Assembly: GCA_964647595.1 (NCBI GenBank)
Contig: CAZYGH010000016.1
Span: 16,368 to 80,367 of the forward strand
Length of the DNA stretch: 64,000 bases
Reading direction: 5' to 3'
From: an uncultured Verrucomicrobiota bacterium
GTDB lineage: Bacteria > Verrucomicrobiota > Kiritimatiellia > CAIQIC01 > Lenti-01
Below, one piece after another: positions 27,078-36,162 of the stretch. Position 1 is the stretch's first letter, and each line of letters begins with the position of its first letter. The notes under the pieces were generated by a model that did no database searches, was not told the DNA's origin, and saw only the letters and a list, made by a program, of their open reading frames with translations. The translations under genes were made by a program, and so were the position numbers.

Positions 27078-27968
27078 TCAAACCTTTCCCCAAACCTGCA
27101 CTTCCGGCTCAAGGGCGAAACCAAATTTTGCCTGAACGGCTGACGCCATACGCGACGTCAGCAGGATTACATCCCGCGCCGTTGCCCCGGGACCAGCCAT
27201 CACAATGTTCGCATGCTTCTCAAACACATAGGCTCCGCCCTCGCGCATCGCCTTGGCTCCTGCTTCATCCAAAAATCTGCCCGCCGCACGTCGATGCCCC
27301 CCCGCCTCTTCTGGCGGTAAATTCTTAAAAAAACTGCCTGCCGTCGGCAACACACGCCAATCGGGATGCTTCTCCCGCCGCATAGCCAAAATCTTCTCCC
27401 GCTCAGCGCGTTCCTGGGCGCGGTCTCCCGCTCCGACGCATAACCACGCCCTCACCACCACATCCCCTGTCTGCTGGAGCGAAGAGCAACGATACCCAAA
27501 CACCAGATCCTCGCGCGGCAACACCCGTGTCATCCCTGCGCGAGTCAGCACTTCCACCCGATCCACAACATCGCCCAATTGCGAGCCAAATGCTCCCGCA
27601 TTTCCGCAAATTCCGCCACCCACCGTGCCGGGAATACCCGACGCAAATCCAAGTCCCGTCCGCCCCTCTTCTGCAGCAAATTGCGATACGGCATCCAACG
27701 CCACCCCAGCCGAAACTAACATCGTATCCCCCTCCAATCGGCAATCCGGCAACTCCGTACAGACGCGCAAAACCGCCTCCGGAATCCCCTCATCCGCCAC
27801 TAGCACATTCGATCCTCCCCCCAATACACGCCACCCCACCCCCATCGCGTTCCATTCGCGAATGACCTTGGCCGCCGTCCCCGCATTCGGCACCGTCACC
27901 AACTCGCGACAAGCCCCCCCCAGTCGAAATGTTGTAAAATCGGTTAACCACTCTTTCATAGTCTTCAT
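27078..27968 (-). CDS. murB: UDP-N-acetylenolpyruvoylglucosamine reductase
   Basis: LGGGSNVL, GIPGTVGG...NAGAFG, FGYRCS, TAGSFFKN, KHANI, LEPEV. Start refined to MKTMKEW. Confidence 0.92.
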   Translation of the reverse strand: MKTMKEWLTDFTTFRLGGACRELVTVPNAGTAAKVIREWNAMGVGWRVLGGGSNVLVADEGIPEAVLRVCTELPDCRLEGDTMLVSAGVALDAVSQFAAEEGRTGLGFASGIPGTVGGGICGNAGAFGSQLGDVVDRVEVLTRAGMTRVLPREDLVFGYRCSSLQQTGDVVVRAWLCVGAGDRAQERAEREKILAMRREKHPDWRVLPTAGSFFKNLPPEEAGGHRRAAGRFLDEAGAKAMREGGAYVFEKHANIVMAGPGATARDVILLTSRMASAVQAKFGFALEPEVQVWGKV

Positions 27969-28091
27969 CCTACGCCATCCCCTCCCCCCCACGCCAGCCT
28001 TTTGCCATGGCACTCCTCTTGTACAAGCCTGAAATCCCCTTGCCTTTTGAAGGAGACTTCCCCTTATCCCTCAAACCCTCAAAAGGGCTCT

Positions 28092-28105
28092 TGTTTTATA
28101 AAACA
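28092..28105. promoter_or_regulatory. Perfect 14 bp palindrome TGTTTTATAAAACA (copy 1)
   Basis: An identical copy lies at 33483-33496. Confidence 0.6.
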
Positions 28106-28156
28106 CGGGCCATTTTGTTTCCACCCTCAAACCCTGTATGCTTCTTTCTAGAAATC

Positions 28157-28176
28157 ATTTTCCACCGGTGGAAAAT
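28157..28176. promoter_or_regulatory. Perfect 20 bp palindrome ATTTTCCACCGGTGGAAAAT
   Basis: Same arms as the triple-palindrome units but with a 2 nt rather than 3 nt spacer. Lies in the divergent murB / large-gene intergenic region. Confidence 0.55.
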
Positions 28177-28316
28177 CCGATTCCCGTGGCATCGAGTGAT
28201 GGCGAATTTGCGCCAAAATCTTTTGCCGTACCTCTCTCCAATTCTCATTTACTCAAAAAACCAATCTTGCATTTTCGACACCACAGGGACAGGATAAATC
28301 CAATCTCATCCGCCGA

Positions 28317-31300
28317 ATGAATTCACAATTCTCATTTCTTTCCTTCGGATGCCGTCGACTCTTTTCATGGGCAACGCTCCTTCTCGTTGTCTGGATCGCG
28401 TCTCCCCTCGTCGAAGGCCGTGACATTCGCGTGGCCACCTACGATGTCGACAACGGTATCGGTGCCACCAACAGCGCAGAATTTGCCGCCACTCTAGCCG
28501 TGCTGACCCGAATACATGCCGACATTGTCTGTTTTCAATCCGTGAAGACCAATGACTTTCCGGCATGGTCAAATCTCATTGTGGAACTGGGATATCCATT
28601 CTCCGCTCTCGGCGATGCCGGCCCCTTCTCCGGCGGATTGCACAATGGTTTTTGTAGCCGGTTTCCAATCCTCAACACATTCAACATCACCTCCCCAACC
28701 GGCGCCGTAGAATTCTCGCGCCTTCCCTTTCGGGCTGTCTTCGATGTGCCCCATACCGATCGCCCGTTGGTGATCTGGAACATGCACCACAAGCAGGGAT
28801 ATCTTCAAATCGACTTGTTCCGGCGAGCCATCGAAGCTCACCGCATCGTACAGGACATCGCAGCATATCTCTCCGCCAACCCGGACCATGGCGAGTATCT
28901 ACTCGTCGGCAATATGGGCGATGACATTCGCTCCTCTCAACTTCGCGATGAATTCGAATGGCGGCAACCCACGGGCGCACCCACAGACTACGTCCTCGGC
29001 TCCGACATCACCTTTCCGGTGCCCTACTCCATGTTCCCAACGGACCGCTATTCCGACGCCGGACAAGGCTTGCTGCCCCTCTCCGCCTATTGGGAAGGCA
29101 CCAACTCCCCCATCACTCGCCCCTCCTCTAGCGATTGGTTTGATTATATTTTCCTGAGCCCCGCCATCGCCCACCACGCGCTCGGCTCTCCCACGGGCGA
29201 GGTCTACTATTCGGTGATGGACTCGGGAGGGGGCCTCGCCAAACAAGGGTTGCCCCTGCCCGCCGAAACCTCCACCAACGCTTCCTCGCATTTGCCCGTC
29301 TTTGTCGACCTCCACATGGATAACCGTAGCATGACGCAACCCCCTACGGGCCTGTCTGTCATCGGCGAGGAAGGCGGCCCCTTTGACCCAAACCACAAGA
29401 CCTACACCCTCACCGTAACCAATGAACTCACCACCTCGTGGACCGCTGAGGCCAACGTCTCTTGGCTCTCGCTCGATGCAACCCATTTCAACGTCGAATC
29501 GTCTGTCCCTTTCCCCATCACGGTCTCGCTGAACGCTCAAGCCTCCACGCTTTCCCCCGGCATCTACACGGGTATCGTCACCTTTCACAATCTGACTCTC
29601 GACATCGCCGAAATCCGTTCCGTCGCCCTCACCATCCGCGACCAACTGGAGGTCTCGCCAACCCTTGGATTCTCCTCCAGCGGCACCGTTGGCGGACCCT
29701 TCACTCCCGAATCAACCCTTTATGTCCTTACCAACAAGAGCGCGACATCCATTTCCTTCACCGCAACCGCCACCCAAAACTGGATCACGCTTTCCCCTGC
29801 CAGCGGAACCCTCGCAGGAAATTCGTCCGTCGAAATTTCGCTCCAACTCAACAGCCAGGCCCATTCCCTCGCCTACGGAACCTATACGAACACCGTTACC
29901 TTCTCGAACCAATCCAGCGGTTTGATTCATACCCGCCCCATCCATCTGACCGCCAACGGCGGTTTGTGCGATGCGGTTGACCGCTGTGAGCTCACATGGA
30001 CCACCGGCGGAAATGCAAACTGGGTTTACCAAACCAAGGACACCTTGGATGGAATCGATGCGGCGCGCTGTGGAACCCTCACCACCAATCAGAACACGTG
30101 GATGGAAACCGCCGTGATAGGCCCCATGCAAGTGCATTTCCACTGGCAAGTGTCCTCACGAGAAACTCACCCGCTACGCTTTTTGGACAACGGAACCGTG
30201 AAACGCAAAATCGGTGGCGGCGTGACATGGACCAACGAGGCCTATCAAATCGGAAGCGGGGTTCACACCTTGCGCTGGGACTATGTCACAACCGAATATG
30301 TGCCCCAAGGCTCCAATGCCGCATGGGTCGATCGCATCGCCCTCGACGCCCTCCTCGTCAATCCCTCCAACGCATGGGGCTCCGGCGGAGTCTCTGGCGG
30401 CCCCTTCACCAACACGACTCGGCAATATGTCATCACCAATGCCGGAAACGACACCCTACGGTGGAACGCCTCTTCCTCGAGCAACTGGATTTCAATAACC
30501 CCCGATAACGGTGAATTGCTCGCCCACCAAAGCGTCACCGTAAATCTGGAATTGAGCACCAACGCCTACGATCTGCCCCCCTCCACGTACGAAAACCTTG
30601 TCACATTTTCCAATCTCTCCACCGAGTTTTTTGTTGTCCGCCCGGTCAGCCTTGTTGTCCGCAGTTCGCTTTCGCTCACGCCAATCCTCGCCATGCTTTC
30701 TTTCACCGGCTTCACCGGCGGCGGCCCCTATTCCCCCCTCACGCAAACCATGTCGATCTCCAACCGAAGCCAACGAAGCTGCACGTGGGCCACCATTCCC
30801 ACCAATTGGGTAACCATGGAACCCTCCAGTGGCACGCTCGCCCCCGGAAGCAATCAAATCCTTTCCGTCAGCATTAATACCAACGCCAACTCCTTGCTCC
30901 CCGGACCTTATTTTTCTGACCTCTCCACCTACAATCCTCCTGCACAATCTGTGCCCTATTGCACGGCCTCCTTGACACTCCAAGAATCTCTCGCCCTCGC
31001 CTCGCAAATCAGTTGGATTCCATCTGGCCCCAGCGGCGGCCCATTCAGCCCGCCCTCTCAAATCTATGTCATCACCAATCGAAACTCTGTTGCTCAAAAT
31101 TGGGCTGTTTCCAGCCCTGCCGACTGGCTGTCGTTTGATCTTTCCAGCGGAACCATCGCTGGCACCTCCTACGTGGCTATCACCGCCTCAGTGAACTCGA
31201 ATGCCACACTCCTCCCCAACGGCAATTACACCAACCTTCTTCGTTTCACCGATCTCCACAACGGCGTCACCTTCACCCAAACCGTCATGCTGGCTATCGG

Positions 31301-33428
31301 TGCTCCGTTTTGCGAATCCATCGAAGCCTGCCATCTGAATTGGGTCTCCGGCGGCAATACTCCATGGTTCGCCCAAACGAATGTCACGCAGGATGGCATC
31401 GATGCCGCCCGCAGCGGCGCTATCACCAATCGGCAACACACGTGGATGCAAACCACCGTGACCGGTCCACGCCTGTTGGATTTTTACTGGCGCACCGCCT
31501 CCACCACCAACCTCAATTATCTGCGCTTTCAGATCGACGGTATCACTCGCGCTGAACTCTCCGGCAATACCACATGGGTTTCTCACTCCACCGAAATCAC
31601 CTCTGGCGTACATACCCTCCGCTGGGTGTTCACGAATTCCTTTTCTTCCTCCGGAACCAACGCCGCATGGGTCGACCACGTCGCGCTCGATGGCCTCTAC
31701 GTCACCCCCACCAACAAGTGGGGCGCAGGTGGACCTTCCGGCGGCCCGTTCACCAACACAACCCGCCACTATGTCCTCACCAATTCAGGAACCTCCACGC
31801 TCCACTGGTCGGCCTTGACCCAAGGATCGTGGATTTCCGCCACCCCCGCCAGTGGAGAATTAGCTGCCGGACAATTCACCAACGTGGTCCTCAGCCTCAA
31901 CACCAATGCACGCACCTTACTTTCGGGCAACTACACCAACTTCATAGCCTTCTCCAACCAGACCTCCGGCAGAAAACTCTCCCGCCCCACCTCCCTCTCC
32001 GTTCAAAACTCGCTCTTCGTCACGCCCTCCAGCGTCCTCTCCACCGGTTATGTCGGCGGAGCCTACACTCCAGCCTCCCATACCTTGACCCTCTCCAACA
32101 GTGCCATCACCGCCGTTGCCTGGTCCGTTCGCACCAGCGCGGCATGGCTCACCCTAACCCCGACCAACGGCACTCTGGGCCCAACCTCCACCATCCCCCT
32201 CACTGTCGCCCTCAACACCAACGCCAACTTCTTACAAGGCGGCACGCGCTCCATCCCCCTCTTCTTCACCAACACCACCATGCGCCGAACCTTGAATACA
32301 ACCGTTGCCCTCAACCTACAAGAAGCCCTCACCTTTTCAACCAATCCCATCTCCTTCGTTGGTCCCGTGGGCGGCCCCTTCGACCCTCCCGCACCGGTTT
32401 TTGTCCTCACCAACCGCAGTGATTCCGAACAAATCTGGAGCGCATCAAATTCAACATCGTGGCTCCTACTGGAACCCGCCAGCGGTACCCTCCCCCCCAA
32501 CTCCACCCTGTCCGTGATCGCCACACCCGTCAGAGCCACTCCCATGGGTTCCTATTTTACCCGAGTCTCCTTCTCCAACCTTCTGAATGGCTTTGCCGCC
32601 GCCAAGGATTTTTCCCTCGTCGTCGGTTGCACCTTCTGCGAAGCCCTCGATGCCTGCTCCCTCGACTGGACGCTTGGCGGCGCTTCTCCCTGGCTCTTTC
32701 AAACAAATATCACCCATGACGGCATCGACGCGGCCTGTAGCAGTATCCTCACCAACGACCAGGAATCCTGGATTCAAACCTCTGTGACTGGCCCTGGCAC
32801 TCTCACCTTTTGGTGGAGTGTCAGCGCCCGGACGAACTACCACTATTTGGAATTCTTCGTCAACGGCACCCTCACCAATCGCATCACCGACATCGTGGAC
32901 TGGCAACAAAAAGTCTTCACCCTCACCTCCGGCGTTCATACGCTCCGTTGGCGCTACAAAAAATACAACGCCGGCACGCCCTTCGGTAGTGACCGCGGCT
33001 GGATCGATCTCGTTAACTGGGCCCCCCTCTGCACCACCCGAGGCGTACCCATCGGCTGGTATCAGCAATTCGGACTCAACCCCTCCACCAATGGAACTTG
33101 GAACGACCTCGATACCCTCCCCACCGCCGCTGGCACCCCCCATTGGATTCAATATGTCGCCGGCCTCAACCCCACGAATGCCCTCGACACCTTCCGAATT
33201 CTGGCCGTTCGCCAAGGGGCCGGACAACCTCTTCAAATCGAGTGGTGGGGAGGCACGAACGGCCCCACAAGCCCCTACATCATCCAAAGCACGCTTGACG
33301 TGACCAACGGCACTTCTTGGGAATCCATCGATATCAACCCACGCGCTGACGGCATGAATTCTTGGACAGCCCCAAACCCCGCCACCACCACCCGCTACTA
33401 CCGCATCCGAGCCACCCCGTCCCCCTGA
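28317..33428 (+). CDS. Large secreted protein: degenerate endonuclease/exonuclease/phosphatase domain, eight BACON-like Ig domains, three Cys-pair beta-sandwich domains and a PVC-type C-terminal domain
   Basis: Signal peptide. EEP-like ATYDV/CFQSV/GNMGD/FDYIF/SSHLPV. Eight G.xGG[PA][FY]x[PN] domain starts and three C-x5-CxLxW[TV]xGG domains. Ends YVAGLNP...RYYRIRATPSP. Confidence 0.85.
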   Translation: MNSQFSFLSFGCRRLFSWATLLLVVWIASPLVEGRDIRVATYDVDNGIGATNSAEFAATLAVLTRIHADIVCFQSVKTNDFPAWSNLIVELGYPFSALGDAGPFSGGLHNGFCSRFPILNTFNITSPTGAVEFSRLPFRAVFDVPHTDRPLVIWNMHHKQGYLQIDLFRRAIEAHRIVQDIAAYLSANPDHGEYLLVGNMGDDIRSSQLRDEFEWRQPTGAPTDYVLGSDITFPVPYSMFPTDRYSDAGQGLLPLSAYWEGTNSPITRPSSSDWFDYIFLSPAIAHHALGSPTGEVYYSVMDSGGGLAKQGLPLPAETSTNASSHLPVFVDLHMDNRSMTQPPTGLSVIGEEGGPFDPNHKTYTLTVTNELTTSWTAEANVSWLSLDATHFNVESSVPFPITVSLNAQASTLSPGIYTGIVTFHNLTLDIAEIRSVALTIRDQLEVSPTLGFSSSGTVGGPFTPESTLYVLTNKSATSISFTATATQNWITLSPASGTLAGNSSVEISLQLNSQAHSLAYGTYTNTVTFSNQSSGLIHTRPIHLTANGGLCDAVDRCELTWTTGGNANWVYQTKDTLDGIDAARCGTLTTNQNTWMETAVIGPMQVHFHWQVSSRETHPLRFLDNGTVKRKIGGGVTWTNEAYQIGSGVHTLRWDYVTTEYVPQGSNAAWVDRIALDALLVNPSNAWGSGGVSGGPFTNTTRQYVITNAGNDTLRWNASSSSNWISITPDNGELLAHQSVTVNLELSTNAYDLPPSTYENLVTFSNLSTEFFVVRPVSLVVRSSLSLTPILAMLSFTGFTGGGPYSPLTQTMSISNRSQRSCTWATIPTNWVTMEPSSGTLAPGSNQILSVSINTNANSLLPGPYFSDLSTYNPPAQSVPYCTASLTLQESLALASQISWIPSGPSGGPFSPPSQIYVITNRNSVAQNWAVSSPADWLSFDLSSGTIAGTSYVAITASVNSNATLLPNGNYTNLLRFTDLHNGVTFTQTVMLAIGAPFCESIEACHLNWVSGGNTPWFAQTNVTQDGIDAARSGAITNRQHTWMQTTVTGPRLLDFYWRTASTTNLNYLRFQIDGITRAELSGNTTWVSHSTEITSGVHTLRWVFTNSFSSSGTNAAWVDHVALDGLYVTPTNKWGAGGPSGGPFTNTTRHYVLTNSGTSTLHWSALTQGSWISATPASGELAAGQFTNVVLSLNTNARTLLSGNYTNFIAFSNQTSGRKLSRPTSLSVQNSLFVTPSSVLSTGYVGGAYTPASHTLTLSNSAITAVAWSVRTSAAWLTLTPTNGTLGPTSTIPLTVALNTNANFLQGGTRSIPLFFTNTTMRRTLNTTVALNLQEALTFSTNPISFVGPVGGPFDPPAPVFVLTNRSDSEQIWSASNSTSWLLLEPASGTLPPNSTLSVIATPVRATPMGSYFTRVSFSNLLNGFAAAKDFSLVVGCTFCEALDACSLDWTLGGASPWLFQTNITHDGIDAACSSILTNDQESWIQTSVTGPGTLTFWWSVSARTNYHYLEFFVNGTLTNRITDIVDWQQKVFTLTSGVHTLRWRYKKYNAGTPFGSDRGWIDLVNWAPLCTTRGVPIGWYQQFGLNPSTNGTWNDLDTLPTAAGTPHWIQYVAGLNPTNALDTFRILAVRQGAGQPLQIEWWGGTNGPTSPYIIQSTLDVTNGTSWESIDINPRADGMNSWTAPNPATTTRYYRIRATPSP

Positions 33429-33471
33429 TTCTCCCTGCCTCCCCCTCACCCCACCCCAGCAGCCCCCCAAC

Positions 33472-33507
33472 AAAATGGATACTGTTTTATAAAACAATAT
33501 CCATTTT
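33472..33507. promoter_or_regulatory. 36 bp near-perfect palindrome centred on TGTTTTATAAAACA (copy 2)
   Basis: aaaatggata-c-tgttttataaaaca-a-tatccatttt; one mismatched pair. Confidence 0.65.
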
Positions 33508-33619
33508 TGTATCCTTTGCTCCTTTCGTAACCTGCCCGACCTCTCCTTCACACCAAGATCCTAACGTTTCCTGTTTTCATCTGGCAGACCTTCTGGCATC
33601 GTTAGCTTCTCGATCCTAC

Positions 33620-34711
33620 ATGACACCCCCTACTCCATCTTGGCGCGCCTCTGCGGGAGGCCACTTGTTTTTGGCTATCGTTCGCGGCGAAGCCACAGCG
33701 GATCTCCCGCCAACCGATGGCGAAGCCTTGACCGAGGCATGGCGGCTAGCCAAAGCCCAAGGGCTGGTTCCGCTGGTTTCCCAGTTTGTGTTGAATCACC
33801 CCGATCTGGACTGGGCCCCGGATCTCCTCGTCGAGGCCAAAAAAGTGCGGGATTACGCCCTTTTCCGAAATGTTCAGTTGATGGCCATGCTAGGCAAAAT
33901 TCAAAAAACACTCGAAGGGGGCGGCATTCCTTGGATTTCCATGAAAGGACCCGTGTTCACCGAGCAATATGCCGGGAGCCCGACCCTGCGGCTGAGTAGC
34001 GATCTCGATGTTCTGGTGCATCCACAAGATGCGCAGAAGGCGGACGCCCTCTTTCGCGGAATGGACATCACATGCAAAAAGCCCATCCGTCCAACCACGC
34101 GCTGGCTGGGTGTTCAACAGCATGAGCATTCGTACTACTCGGCCGCTCCACGCTTTCTGATTGAATTGCACTGGAGCTTGGCCAGCGAGTGCTATGAAAT
34201 CGTGAACTCAGAGATGGCATTCCGTCGATCCCGAATCGCCAAGGTGGGCGGAGGCTCCTTCCCCGTTCTTTCACCGGAAGACACCCTTCTTTTTGCCGCG
34301 ATGCACTCTCTTGGGCACCGATGGTCGCATTTTTACCACGTCAAGAATCTCGATTGGATTCTACACGAAACGCTCCCAGGTCAGGCCGGTCAAAAGAACC
34401 CCCGCACGTTAGACTGGGATTACATTCTCTACGCGGCAGCCAAAACCCACAAAACTCGAGCCCTCTTACTGGGGCTTTCGCTTGCACACGAAGAGCTATC
34501 CGCGAAACTTCCCGAATCGATCCACAAGCAAATCGATTCGGCCCCAGCCTTGCCCCGCCTGCGGGCGCTGGTCGCCGAGAATTTCCGTGGCGCGGGACCC
34601 GAAAAATCCTCTTGGCAAACGTTGCTTTTCAAATGGCGGGCGCTGGAATCCCGTCACGACCGAATGGAGCTTTTCTTTCGGGCATTGGTCACGCGCCTGA
34701 TCTGGCGATAG
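33620..34711 (+). CDS. Nucleotidyltransferase family protein (NTP_transf_5-like)
   Basis: MKGPVF...Y...LRLSSDLDVLV, IELHW, LSPEDTLLFAAMH. Start refined to MTPPTP (33620); the upstream ORF extension is low-complexity intergenic DNA. Confidence 0.75.
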   Translation: MTPPTPSWRASAGGHLFLAIVRGEATADLPPTDGEALTEAWRLAKAQGLVPLVSQFVLNHPDLDWAPDLLVEAKKVRDYALFRNVQLMAMLGKIQKTLEGGGIPWISMKGPVFTEQYAGSPTLRLSSDLDVLVHPQDAQKADALFRGMDITCKKPIRPTTRWLGVQQHEHSYYSAAPRFLIELHWSLASECYEIVNSEMAFRRSRIAKVGGGSFPVLSPEDTLLFAAMHSLGHRWSHFYHVKNLDWILHETLPGQAGQKNPRTLDWDYILYAAAKTHKTRALLLGLSLAHEELSAKLPESIHKQIDSAPALPRLRALVAENFRGAGPEKSSWQTLLFKWRALESRHDRMELFFRALVTRLIWR

Positions 34712-34758
34712 TCGAGTTGTTCCCGCGTTGGTTCGAAAGGCCATCCGTTTTGTGACGA

Positions 34759-36162
34759 TCAGCCGTTGAGCCTATGTTTCAACATGGGACCAACGTCTTC
34801 GACATCGCCCGCCCCCACCACCAACACCCAATCGCCAGCCTGCCAACGCGAAGCCACGCGGTCGGCGGCATCAGCCAGATGGGTGGCCAATTCTGCCGAC
34901 GCACCGCCATGCCGCTGAAAATGCTTCAGCAGATCCTCCGAGGTCCCCCCGGCCAGTGGCGGCTCGCTCGCCGCATAGACCGGGGCCAAAATCACACCCG
35001 CCACGCCGTCAAAGGCTGGCGGAAAATCTGCGCCCAGCGCCAAGGTGCGAGTGTAGCGATGGGGCTGGAACACCGCCCAAATTCGCGAGGCACCCGCCTG
35101 ACGCGCCGAATCAATCAGCGCCCGAATTTCAGAGGGATGGTGCGCGTAATCGGCCACCACTCGAATCCCTCGAGCCTCCACCACCGGCTCGAAACGGCGC
35201 TTCGGAAGTAAAAAAGTCTCCAGCGCCTCGCAGGAGGCCTTCAGAGTCATTCCACAGTGGTCGCAAGCCGCCAACGCCGCCAGCGCATTCAGCACGTTGT
35301 GGCGGCCCGGCAGCGGCAAAGAAAGGGTTGCCATTCGCCCCCCGGAGACGCAGACCGTAAAGCGCGTTCCCATTCGATTCGGCTCAACCGTCACGGCACG
35401 AACCGCCGCCCGCTCGCAAAACCCATAAGAGACCCCATTCACCGCCTCTCCCACGCGCACGGCCTCGGAATCTTCAGCACAATAGATGACCGTCCTCGCC
35501 TGTCGCGCAAAAGAGCGGAAGCAATCGACCATCGCTTCTTTCGAAGCGAAATGCTCCATGTGGTCAAACTCAATATTTGTGATGACAGCCAGTTCGGGGT
35601 GATAATACGCCAATGTTCCATCGCTTTCATCGGCTTCGATGGCCAGCCACTCCGATTGTCCGATGCCTGCCGGGGCCCCATCCGGCGGCAGTTCCCCACC
35701 AATACACCACGAAGGTTCTGCACCGCCCACACGAAGAATGTGCGCGATCATCGAGGACGTGGTCGTCTTGCCGTGTGTGCCGGAAACAGCAATGGTTTTC
35801 CACAGGTCCGCCAACACGGGAAGCACCTGCCCCCGCCGATACAAAGGAATGCCCCTGTTCTCTGCCGCCACCCGTTCGACATGACCCGGTTGCAAAGCGG
35901 GACTGAAGATGGCCCAATCTACACCCTTCAGATGAGCCACATCATGCCCCGTGGTCACCGGAATGCCGCAGGCGCGCAACCATTCCATGGTTCGCGGTGC
36001 CCCGCCATCACAGCCCGTCACGTTCAACCCCTTAGCCGCCAGCAGGCGCGCCACGCCCGCCATGCCAATGCCTCCTACGCCCATCAAATGAACGGACGAA
36101 CCCGGCGTCTGAATCCAGCGCCGGATCGCGTTGCGCCAATCCGTTTCGCCTACTGTGGTCAT
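34759..36162 (-). CDS. murC: UDP-N-acetylmuramate--L-alanine ligase
   Basis: HLMGVGGIGMAG, VSGTHGKTTTS, EADESDG, TNIEFDHM, DYAHHPSE, FQPHRYTRT. The start overlaps the murG stop (ATGA). Confidence 0.95.
   Translation of the reverse strand: MTTVGETDWRNAIRRWIQTPGSSVHLMGVGGIGMAGVARLLAAKGLNVTGCDGGAPRTMEWLRACGIPVTTGHDVAHLKGVDWAIFSPALQPGHVERVAAENRGIPLYRRGQVLPVLADLWKTIAVSGTHGKTTTSSMIAHILRVGGAEPSWCIGGELPPDGAPAGIGQSEWLAIEADESDGTLAYYHPELAVITNIEFDHMEHFASKEAMVDCFRSFARQARTVIYCAEDSEAVRVGEAVNGVSYGFCERAAVRAVTVEPNRMGTRFTVCVSGGRMATLSLPLPGRHNVLNALAALAACDHCGMTLKASCEALETFLLPKRRFEPVVEARGIRVVADYAHHPSEIRALIDSARQAGASRIWAVFQPHRYTRTLALGADFPPAFDGVAGVILAPVYAASEPPLAGGTSEDLLKHFQRHGGASAELATHLADAADRVASRWQAGDWVLVVGAGDVEDVGPMLKHRLNG

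Noticed and set aside
28317-33428. Enrichment of N-x-S/T glycosylation sequons
   Set aside because: About 30 sequons by eye is roughly what the high Asn, Ser and Thr content predicts, so there is no evidence of enrichment.
33362-33619. N-terminal extension of the nucleotidyltransferase ORF, and similar extensions on murC, murG, lnt, pgk and gap
   Set aside because: These overlap neighbouring genes or low-complexity intergenic DNA; downstream ATGs with RBS or ATGA coupling fit family N-termini better.
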